From NCBI RefSeq assembly GCF_039654945.1, contig NW_027361684.1, positions 19,406,001 through 19,470,000 of the forward strand: a stretch of DNA of 64,000 bases. Reading direction: 5' to 3'. Positions 49,201-61,200 of the stretch are shown piece by piece. Below the pieces are notes generated by a model. It ran no database searches and had not been told where the DNA came from. It saw nothing but the letters and a program-made list of their open reading frames with translations. The DNA comes from Dendrobates tinctorius. Its lineage: Eukaryota. Position 1 is the stretch's first letter. Each line of letters opens with the position of its first letter. Made by a program: the position numbers and the translations under genes.

Positions 49201-52200
49201 TAATGTCACAGTACTGGACTGTGGGGCCATTCTCTGGGGGGGCGAGAAATGCGGGCTGTGCTATGTACCATGGTGCTGTGCTATATACCATGTAGGGCTG
49301 TGCTGTATACCATGTGGGGCTGTGCTGTATACCATGGTGCTGTGCCGTATACCATGTGGGGCTGTGCTGTATACCATGGTGCTGTGCCGTATACCATGTG
49401 GGGCTGTGCTGTATACCATGGACCTGTGCTGTATACCATGTGGGGCTGTGCTGTATACCGTGGGCCTGTGCTGTATACCATGTGGGGCTGTGCTATATAC
49501 CATTTGGTGCAGTGCTGTATACCATGTGGGGCTGTGCTGTATACTATGGGGCTTTGCTGTATACCATGTGGGGCTGAGCTTTATACCATGGTGCTGGGCT
49601 GTATTCCATGGTGCTGTGATTTATACCAAGTGGGGCTGTGTTATATACCATGTGGGGCTGTGTTGTATACCATATGGGCTGTGTTATATACTACGTGGCT
49701 GTGCTATATACTATGCGGCTGTGTTATATACCATGGGGGGTACATTATACATTCTATTCTATGGGGGAGGCTGTGTTATATAATATGGGGGCTACATTAT
49801 ATTCTATGGGGAGGTGGGCTGTAATATATTCCATTTGGGGCTACATTATATTCTATGGGGAGCTGTATTATATTCTATGGGGGGGTGATCGCATCATACT
49901 CTATGAGGGGGCTTCATTATACTATATGAGGAGCCTACATTGTATTCTATGGAGGGCTGCATTATATTCTTTGGGGGGGCTAGATTATATTGTATGGGGG
50001 CTTTATTATACTTTATGAGGGGGCTACATTATATTCTATTGGGGCTGTATTATACTATATGAGGAGGGCTACATTGTATTCTATGGATGGGCTACATTAT
50101 ACTATATAAGGGGCTGCATTATATTCTATGGGGGGCTGCATTATACTCTGAGGGGGCTGCCATATATTCTATGGAGAGGCTGCATTATACTATATGAGGG
50201 GGGCTGCATCATATTCTATGGGGGTTTCATTATATTCTGTGGGGTGGCTGCATTATGCTCTAAGGGGTGACTGCATTATAATATAAGTGGGGGCTGCATT
50301 ATATTCTATGGGGGTTCCTCATTTGTTTTTTGTGCATTTCCTGTTTTGGAGACATATTGCTTTAAGTTTCTGGTCTTGACACTTTGATGTCTTCCTTGGT
50401 CTACCAGTATGTTTGCCTTTAACAACCTTCCCATGTTGTTTGTATTTGGTCCAGATTTTAGACACAGCTGACTGTGAACAACCAACATCTTTTGCAACAT
50501 TGCATGATGATTTACCCTCTTTTAAGAGTTTGATAATCCTCTCCTTTGATTCAATTGACATCTCTCGTGTTGGAGCCATGATTCATGTCAGTCCACTTGG
50601 TGCAATAGCTCTCCAAGGTGTGATCACTCCTTTTTAGATGCAGACTAACGAGCAGATCTAATTTGATGCAGGTGCTAGTTTTGGGAATGAAAATTTACAG
50701 GGCGATTCCATAATTTTTTCCTCAGAATTGAGTGATTCCATAATTTTTCCCCTATGCTTGGTTTAAAAAAGTAGCCATTACTGACTACCGCATTTTTTGT
50801 TCTTGATTTCTTTTAGTGCTTCTTAAAGCCATAAAGTTGCCATTTGAAATGACTTTAGTTTTGTGCCATGTCTTTGATCTGCTTTTTTTCTACAAAATTA
50901 AACAACTGAATGAACATCATCCAAGGCCGGTGATTCCATAATTTTTGCCAGGGGTTGTATATGGAGGACTATGGGGCACATTATATTATATGGAGGACTA
51001 TGGGGTGGAAACGGTAGATGTGCTGCTGATAGCATGATACTGTATGGGGACAGATTGATCCATTAGTGATCATTCTGTCCCCATCATTCTTTTCTCAGAC
51101 GGTGGAAAGAGGCCGGGAAACAAGTGTTGAACGACTTCAGTATTGTTGATCACACTCATTTAGCGTCCTGAACTCAGCGCATGTAAATATAATCGAAATG
51201 CTTCTGTGTGATGTGCAATATGTTAGCACTTGGGGCCCCATTTTAAACTTTGCCTAGGGTCCCACTTTGCCTAAAACCGGCCCTGTACACAAGCACTGCA
51301 CTAATTATCTCACTGACAATTTTATTACTATGGACAGGTGTCGATTGGTGAATACACTCATCAGCCTATGCCTGTTCTCTGCTGTAAGGGAGACCAGGAG
51401 TGCGATGATGAGAGTAGTAATTTTGTAAGGCGGAAGACCGGACTGGGGGTACCTGTTCTGCGCTGGGTCCAGAACCATTGAGGCTGCCTCCCCTGTTGTC
51501 CAGGGGAAAGAATAAGAGACCCGACCATCCTTGTGACCATGAAGCTAGGGGTGTGGTTAAGCTTGAGCAGCACGCAGAAGAAGTTTTGGTGCGAACGAGG
51601 AGTGCGCAGCAGTCTGAAAAGGGTGCTCCATCTTTTGATCACCGGCACCATGCAGGGCTACGTTTGTTGACCCCTGTCGCCACCAGCGAGAGCCTGACAG
51701 AGCGAGGGGCCGTGCACCCGGTAGATACCAGAGAGCAAGGTGACGTGTACTCCAGGATTGTGAGTACTGCATCCCCGCCGCATAGAAATCACCAAGTGCT
51801 GGACAGACGTTTGTGGCCTACCTTACCGGTTTATACTTTTCCGCCCACGTTGGACCCCATTGGGCAAGCACCGCACCAGCCATTGTAGCATTGTTGGTGC
51901 CAACCTGAGAAACTCCTGAACCGATAAGTGTTAAAAAGAACGGCCATTACCTCATTTATTGCTCATAATCCCTGCATATTCTTTGCAATTTAACTATTTA
52001 TTTCCCCATTTAACTGTTTGCCTCCCTGAGTGGAGCAACCCTTGTTTGAATAAAAATTGTTAACCCTTGCTCTGCCTCTCATGCGTCACTGCATCCCGCA
52101 ACCTGCTCATACTCTCATTAGCCAACGCATGTGACCGAAGGTAACACAGTTATCTGCGTGTGAGATTGGATGGGTAGCATCTGTGAATTGCAATTTTCAA

Positions 52201-55200
52201 TTTTTGCCACAGATCCTCAATGAGATTTTGGTCTGGACTGTGACTGGGCCATTCACACACATGAATGTGATTTGATCTAAACCATTCCATTGTAGCTCTG
52301 GCAGTAACTTTAGAGTTGTTGTCCTGCTGGAAGGTAAACCTATGCCCCAGTCTGTCTTTTGCAGCCTCTATCAAGTTTTCCTCCAGGACTTCCCTGAATT
52401 TAGCTCCATCCAACTTTCCATCAACTCTGACCATCTATCCTGTCCCTTTTGCCACCACCATGTTTGATGGTGTGGATGGTGTTTTCAGTGTTAGTTTTCT
52501 GCCACATATAGCATTTTGCACTTATTGTATATATTGAAGCAGTTATATAGTTGTGTAGAGACTTATCCCCTCATAAAAATGATACCTTTTTTGTAGAAAG
52601 CCGATGTATCAGTGATAAAAAATTTAGTGTAAAGTTATATATATGAAACAGGCATGTCAGTATGCTTGGAAGAAGCGGCACAAGTATATTTGAAACACCC
52701 TAAATGCACCTCCAGCCTGATTTGCATATAGCTTCTTTGCTATATTTCTTGTGACTGGCACATTGGATCAATAAAAAAAAGGTATAATTTTTATTATGGG
52801 GCAAGCACCTGTACAGCCATACCACTATTTTTATATGTAAAAATGTGTTGACAGGTACCTTTTTATTTATTTTTTTCTTTGCAGATTGAAACCCATTCTT
52901 GGTTCACCCAACACTGCTTTCAAACGTCTTCTCAAGCCAGAATATGAGGATGGAATATCACTTCCAAGAGGCTGGACTAACAGTCTTCTCATCAATGGGT
53001 TTACTTTACCCCTGGTAAAAATAAATGCATAAATAAATATACAGCAACTTTGCTTAGTTAGCAGTGGTGAAAGGAACATTTTTTTTTTAATTTCAGTTAC
53101 ATACTGTATATCCTTATGTTACCCATCATGGTGATTTGGGTGCAGAGGTTGTAGTTGTAGGGGTTGTATATGGGCTTAGTACCATTGGAGGGGCTTTTGC
53201 CAAATGAGAATATGCTATTGTTATAAATGGTCCATGGCCTGGAAGAAAGGTTAAGAGTAACAGATGAACAGATATGGACACACAGGTTCATGGCACGTAG
53301 AAGTCAGGACGCGCATACACATACTGTGACTGTAATCAGTTCTGCACATCATATCTATCGTATGATCAGGACAAATTCTCATTTTTAAGTAAGCAATGAA
53401 GATTTTTATTGAATGACTTCAAGCAGAGATCTCATAGAAACATGAGTAGAAAGAACACAGCAATATTATCCTAAGAAATCTTCCCTTGGCGTTCTTGTAA
53501 TAATATTTATTACTTTTTATTGTATCAGGTACGTGAGGTATCAAATGAAATTGTTAAATTTTCCACTGACTCATTGAAACTGGATGACAGTAACTCTCTG
53601 ATGTTCATGCAATGGGGTCAGTGGCTGGATCATGATCTTGACCTCTCCGTTTCAACACCAACAAATACGGCATTTTTGCAAGATGTGAATTGTGATAAGA
53701 GCTGCGAAAACATCTATCCGTGTTTCCCTATAATGGTGAGAATATTCTTTATTGACATAGTCACAACAGAATAAACTTTAAAAATCCTTAAAGTGGTATC
53801 CCCTACTTTAAATCTTATTGCGTATGGCTGACGAATTAATAAATATACAACCTGCACTCACCTCCCAGACGCCGCACCTCCACATGTTTATGCTAGGAAA
53901 CTATAATAATATAATTCACCGCACACTCAGAGGGGTTTCTTTATGCAAATAAGTGCTTATTTTTATTATATACAAAACATGTGGGAGCCAAACAAGTATA
54001 TATAGCACGAAGTAGAAGCGATATAATTTAATACGACATGACGCCACTGCAGCTAGGCGTGGGAGCGCCGCTATCTAGCACCACTGCACCAGCCATCTTT
54101 CTTGGGCTATTCTCTTGGGAGTTCTGTTCTTCCTTATTCAAAGATCCGAATTTCAATTCAGCGATAAAAGTGATAAAGGCTCGGATTGAGCCGAAACGTC
54201 GTATTAAGGCGTATTAAGTGTATGAAGGCAGTATGGCTTTGAAGTAGCAAGCTGCAGGTCTTCTGTATGCAACAGGCAGTTAGCAATGATTCTATAACAG
54301 AAAAAGTCCATAACGTGGCGGATTAGCATGGAATACACAGAGGGATGTGTTTTTATCCTTGTACTCTCCTATTTTGCTCTCCTTCTTGTTCCTCCCATAT
54401 GTCCCACTCTGTTTTATGAATGTATTTATATGATTATACGAGTAATCTTCTTTTATCCCTTGTCTGTTTACCCCTGTCTGTCTAGTTAGCGTTTTCCTAT
54501 ACACGTCGGCCTCTAATCTACCTGGATGGGGGAGGGATCAGATAAGGGTTAAAGATAGGAGTATAGCACGATATGAAACCCCGGCATCTCCACCGTCCAC
54601 AGTAATCTGGGGGACAGGGGTAGCCTAGGGTACCCCTAGTTTGAGGGATTGCGTAGGTGCCCACAGTCCCTTGTCACTACATCACACAATGTCTGGAGTT
54701 AGAGCTGCTGGTTAAGTATTGTACAATACAAATAAAGCAAGTGTTCACACAGCCATGTCAGATGGCGAATCATGCCCCTTCTTAGATGTTAATTAAGATG
54801 ATGAAATGAAAATCAATAATCACAATAACATCTGCTTTGTGATTTTTCAGATTCCAGCAACCGATCCTCGGTATATTAGTGGGTCTAAGTGTATCCCTTT
54901 GATTCGCACGGCAGCAGCTTGCAGCCTGACAAGTCCTGTGCGTGAGCAGATGAATGGTCTGACTTCATACATCGATGGAAGCCAGATATATGGTAGTGAC
55001 ATGAACGTTGCCACCTTGCTTCGTAACAACACAAACCAATTGGGACTTTTAGCTGTTAATCAGAACTTCTCCGACAATGGACTTCCTTTCCTGCCTTTTA
55101 AAGATAATGTACCAGACCAATGCTCAAGAACTCATCCATCATTGGGACTGCCCTGTTTTGTGGCAGGTGAGTGTTACAATATTGTAGCAGGATTTCCCTA

Positions 55201-58200
55201 GGCTATCCCTCTACCCAAGATTACTCCTGAAGGTGGAGATGCTGGTGTCTTGTACCCGGCTATGCTTGTAAATGCATGCTGATCTGTTTCCTCACCCACC
55301 CAGGAAGGTTTAGAACAGAATTGTTTAGGAAAACACAAACCTGACAGACAGGGGAAACTGACAGGGATAAAATAAAACTAAAATCACACAAATGCACTCA
55401 CCAAACAGCCAACTGGAAGTCAAGTTAACAGTAAGAGAGATAAACCAGTGGGAGAAGATTAGGATAAAAACACAGACAATGCCAAATCCACACAGATATC
55501 TCCTGTAAGATACACAAACCGGCTGCTACTAATTCAAAACTTTTTTTCATGATCCAGGCTGGGTTTGGTATCCTATCTCTCTTTCCGGGTCTGACCATGC
55601 CAAGGGTTAACTTTTCTCTGCCTCGTTCTGGCGCCAGGCTGGCTTTTTATCTCCACTGCATCCTGCAGGCTTGTGTCAGTTATAGTTTCTGCCTACGGCG
55701 TGTATAGCTGACCCTGCATGCTCTGATTTGTCCAGCTGCTTTTGCTGACTGTACCCATGTCTGTTTATTCCCCTCTTCGTGTCCCGACTCTGTGTTCCCC
55801 TTTCGTGTTTTGACTCCCTGGCACGACTCCCTGGCACTTGACTTTGCTTGGACCCTGACCTGCTGTTTGTCTCTCATTTTTGGCATTTCCCCTCCCGACC
55901 AATACTGAGCCATTTGGCTTGTTTCTAACTTTGTGCTTGTATTATTCCTTTGGTACTGTGATACAGACTAATATTGACCTGGTTTGTTTGAATATTCTGC
56001 TGCCACTTGTTGGTAGCCTCACTGCTGCTCTTGCTGTGTGCAGTCCTCCCTCCACTCTATTGCCATCTAGTGGAGCTTGAATCTCTCTGATTAGCAGCAG
56101 CGTGACACTTTCCTTCACCACTGAACCAGGAAATTGTAACTATCACTGGCTTCTCCCAAGTGCCAGTGGTGAGCATATATACCAGAGGGCAGTGGCCAAC
56201 ACACAACAGCTGAGGCATTTCAGGATGAAGAGCTCCAGGAGATCAACTGATCTGAATCACGCTTTCAGTGACAGAACAAGGAAAACCCGACTGTTTCATA
56301 GGATAGTGAAGCAGATCTAATAAGTGCAGAAGTTCATGCAAAAAGCGCCACAATCTTCTTGCCACTCTCTGCCCCGGTATGCCCATGACAGTGAGGTTTG
56401 AGAAAGATCTTTTGTGAGCCTGAGGAAATTTATGATGTACCTATAATCCCCACAAATAAATATTAACCACTTTTCTTAAATCTGCCATATGGTTTCAGAG
56501 ATATGGGCCTTTTTCTTTAGTGCTAATGATCATGGTCATTATCAAGGGGGGCATAACTCACAAGATACACTTGGTTGTGTCTTTAGGCTGCTAGACATTA
56601 TTACCCTGTAACCACCACCTCCTTGGTAAAGACCATAAAAATTAGCACTAAAAAAGAAGGGGAAGAGCGGGAGCAAAATAAGAGCAAAAACTGATCTTTT
56701 GATCTTGCAACAGGTCCTGTTTAAGCAACTTTAGATGCATGTGATATGCAGGACCGTCAGAAATTGTGATTATCATTCAATTTTTTTTGTTGCTCAATTG
56801 CCTTTATGTGATTTTTTTTCTGTTTCCATGCATGCAGAATTAGTGGTCTTTTAGACTGGTTTCACATTTGCGTTTCAGGGCGCAGCGACGGCCTGCGCAT
56901 GGCCGCCGCTAAGCCTCGCCCCCTGCCGCGCCTCCGCTGGTAGCTCCGCCTATCGGCTCATGACGCTGCATGCGTCCCCTATCTTTATCGCTGGGGACGC
57001 AGGCTGTGCGCAGTATGCATTTGGCAGCGCATGCGTCCTTTTGACAGTGCGCCGACCAGCGCCAAACGCAACCTGTTGCAATTTGGTTGCGCTCGGCGCA
57101 CCGTCAAAAGGACGCATGCGCCGCCAAATGCATACTGCGCAGGGCCTGCGTCCCCAGTAATAAAGATAGGGGGCGCAGGACACATGCAGCGTCATGTGCC
57201 GATAGGCGGAGCTACCAGCGGAGGCGCGGCAGGGGGCGGGGCTTGGCGGCAGCCATGCGCAGACCGTCGCTGCGCCCTGAAACGCAAATGTGGAACTGGC
57301 CTTATGGACGTGTTAGAACTCACAGTGAATCAGAGTCAATCAGATGTCTCGCTCCATTTCAGTCTGCAGTCTCAAATAGAGATATACTGCACCATCCTCC
57401 TCCCCATTCCTCTTTCTTTAGTTTATTCCGTTGTTCTGCTCTCTGTGGATTTTTCATGGGGTGCTCCATTAATTTTTAATGAAGACCTGAGACCTTTTAG
57501 CTGATTGTAAGTGTACATGATGGCCTCGATTCACCAAGACTGGCTTATTTCATGCCTTTTTTGATGAGGTGGCATGCTGGAGTCAGACGTGCATGATTCA
57601 GTAAGAGGCACCCACCTCTTAATAAATCAGGCGCATCGGAAAACTGTCACGCATCTCTGTGGCCTAGCAACAAATTTTACTCCAAAGAATGGAGTAAGAT
57701 TTCTGGCGTAAGGTATGCTACATCTTTTCATGAATTAGATGAGCTTTGGTGTCATGCACTTGGTACGCAACGTCCCCTCCTTCTCCACCGATTGTAACTT
57801 AGGCCCCGATTCATCAAAATGATTACGCAAGAATTCTGGAGTAAATCATTTTTATAAAGTCACGGTGTAGAGTTGTGCAAAAATTTTGTGATTTTTCAAA
57901 AGAATTTATGCCATTACTCTGGTGTTATCACTTTGATGAATCGGGGTCTAAGTACCTGGGACTGCAGCTCATCTGTATTTAAGTGAAAGGGGCTGAGTCT
58001 GAACTGAGATACAGAAGTACATCCACGTCACATCTATGGATGAGCAATTGTGCCTGAAACAACAGTGCTGATGGTTTGACCCTTGAGTAAACTAATAAAG
58101 AAAATTCATGAAAAAGCTCTTTAAAGTAACACCAAAGTGAAAAAAGATCATGGTGCATCTTTGTGATGGTTTCAATTCTCATTTCAGGTGATGTTCGTTC

Positions 58201-61200
58201 TAATGAACAACCGATGCTAACTTCCATTCATACTGTCTTCCTGAGAGAACATAATGGTATTGCAAAAGAGTTGCACAAATTAAATCCAAGTTGGTGCGGA
58301 GAGACTATATATCAAGAAGCCCGCAAGATAGTGGGGGGAGTCTTGCAAGTACAGTACAATTTTCATTATCATATCGTCAAGTAGACAATATTTCCTGAGA
58401 TTTTCCTTTCATTAATGCATGTTTTCAACTGACAGAAAGTAACCTACAAAGACTGGCTGCCATTACTGTTGGGTGACGAGATGTCAGAAGTTCTTCCTTC
58501 ATATAAAGGCTACAGTGAAGATGAAGACCCCACCATATCAAATGTCTTCACCATCGCATACAGAATGGGCCACACATTTGTACAGCCCTTCATTTACAAA
58601 TTAGCAGAAGACTATGGTCCCTACAATCCAGAGCCGGTGGTCCCGCTATTTGAAACATTCTTTGCCTCATGGAGAATAGTAAGACAAGGTAATCTAATCT
58701 AGGTGTGTCATATGCACAGTATGCAACCATGTTACAGTGAGATTTACCACGATGTCCTTAATGGATGTACTCACCAGATCTTCAGTTCTATAATCCTCCT
58801 CTCTGTTTTTCTATATTATATCCATAGGTGGGTTGGATCCTTTACTCAGAGGTATAATGGCAAATAAAGCCAAACTAAACCGCCAAGACCAGATAATGGT
58901 CGATGCATTGAGGGAACGACTTTTCCCAGTGGTCAATAGTATTGGCCGAGATCTAGCATCTCTTAACATGCAGCGGGGACGAGATCATGGGTTACCAGGT
59001 AAGGTTTTTCTTGACAAATTTATGTATTAAAAAAATTAAAGATTTAAATATTTTCACATATATTAGATTACATTACCTTTGAGTCATCAAGAAAATTTTA
59101 TTGATATATTAAAATTACATAAACCCTGTTCATTATCCCAAACCCTATAATTGTTACTACATTCTATGACACAAAATACAACACATTGAAATGACATCAA
59201 AGTACAATAATCATACACTGTGCTGATCATTGAAAGCAAGAGGACTGTTCGAGTAAGTCTTAGAGCCATACACTTATAAAGTAACAGAACACACCTAATA
59301 ATGCTTCAATTCAGATTTTTCATTCTATCCAACTTCCACAAGTGTATAAAGTCCAGCCCCCCCACCATGCAGTCTGCCTTTACTAACATTTGTGGAAAAA
59401 TATGTAATTCTAAAGAGCTCAGTGCTACCACAGTGGCCCTGTATTAGGAGCCACCAGTACCAGTATAACAAGTCAGTAAATTACATCTTTTCCTACTAAA
59501 TATGACTTGATCAACTCTATGTGGTAGAGTACCCGTGCATAATTGCATGGGTTTCATTTGCCGATCAGCTTCATGCAAGCCTTACATCACCAAGAACTAT
59601 GCCAAAAGTCAGATAGAGTATTGTAAAGCACACTGCAACTAAACTTTGAAACAACAAATCACTCCTCTCTGCCTGGCAGTCTAATGAACAAGTTTGGATT
59701 TGGTGAAATTGCAGATTGTCAGATTGCATTGTGCCAACTATAAAGTTTGTTGGAGGAGGGATTATACTATGAGGCCACTTTTCATGCCTGGGCTTAGGCC
59801 ATTAGTTCCAGTAAAAATTTTAATGCTTTAGCATACCAAAGCATTTTGGACAATTTATGCATCCAACTTTGAACGAAGGTTGTGCCGAAACGCGCGTTGG
59901 GGTGATGCTCGAGTGCTAACAGCCCCCACCTTACTCCCCTTGGGCCCCCCTGATGATTTTTGTGATCAATCAATTGGTATGTATTTCACAACTTTGCACT
60001 TTTATGTGTGTATTTTTCATCTATGATTATGCATGTGCCTGATGATAATTAAGCCATGCTATGACACTTTAGGATTGGTTCCATGGGGAGTATTTATTGG
60101 TTATAATTTTGACAAAATTGTATGATAATTATATGGGTTATTTCTGTCACCACACCAGCGCCCTGTGCGCTTTAGCTGGATCCACTTTGCGGTGTTTTTG
60201 CCTTTTAAAACCTGGAAAAATATTTAATAAAGCATTTTCTACTAATTTTTTTAATATAATATGGACTTTGTGGTCGTGTTTTTGCCCTATTGTTTGATAA
60301 TGCTCATAGAGTTGTCTAATTTCAGAAGAAAGAAGGATCTGACATATTGTATTTTAACATACCTAGTCTTTTGTTCTCAGAAGATATAAGCCGCTTTCAG
60401 AGGTTTCTAGCAGCGGTCTATCCGCCTCTCCATATTGATATATGCACACTTGCAAAACACCACCTCTGATTTATGGTGAATACTTCACTTAGATAAATTT
60501 GAATCCGCCAAGTAATCTTTCTTCTAGTTGTATTATTTTTATTTTCCTTTTTCTTGCAACATTTCGTTTATTGAGCTTTCCAAAATACGATTTGCTAAAT
60601 ATTTTAAAGACTACGGGCCTGATTCATCATTTGCATTTTTGTGAAAGTCACTTTTCTTCTTTTTGTCTTGTGGTACTCATTAGTGACTTTATTGCAATAC
60701 ATTTTTAAATTCTTGAATTTTGTGCAAAATAAAAAATGCTGTTGATTTTTATCTTTGACTTTTTTCTGCAAGATGTCTCATGCTTCGTTAAATGGCACAA
60801 AATTTGGACCAAAATAACTGATGTCTCTAAAATCACCAAAATTTTGCAACTTTTTGGCAATTGATAAATCAGCTGGAAACTCCATACCCTGCTCACAATG
60901 AAATAGACTTTAACCTCTTAATGACCAGAGGTATTTTTGATTTTGCATTTTCATTTTTTGCCCGGCTTCTTCCCAGAGCCATAACTTTTTTATTTTTTGG
61001 TCAAAATGGCCATGTGAGGGCTTGTTTTTTGCAGGACAAGTTGTACTTTTGCATGATATCATTGGTTTTAACATATAGTGTACTGGAAAACAGGAAAAAA
61101 TTTTTTAATGTAATGTTGCAGTGACCAAAAAAACATAATTCTGGCGTTTTGACTTTTTTTCTCGTTACGACGTTTAACGATCGGGTTAATTATTTTTTAT

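Noticed and set aside
49109-50018. Cys-rich keratin-associated/metallothionein-like ORFs
   Set aside because: Minisatellite inside a hAT-like element, open in several frames and on both strands.
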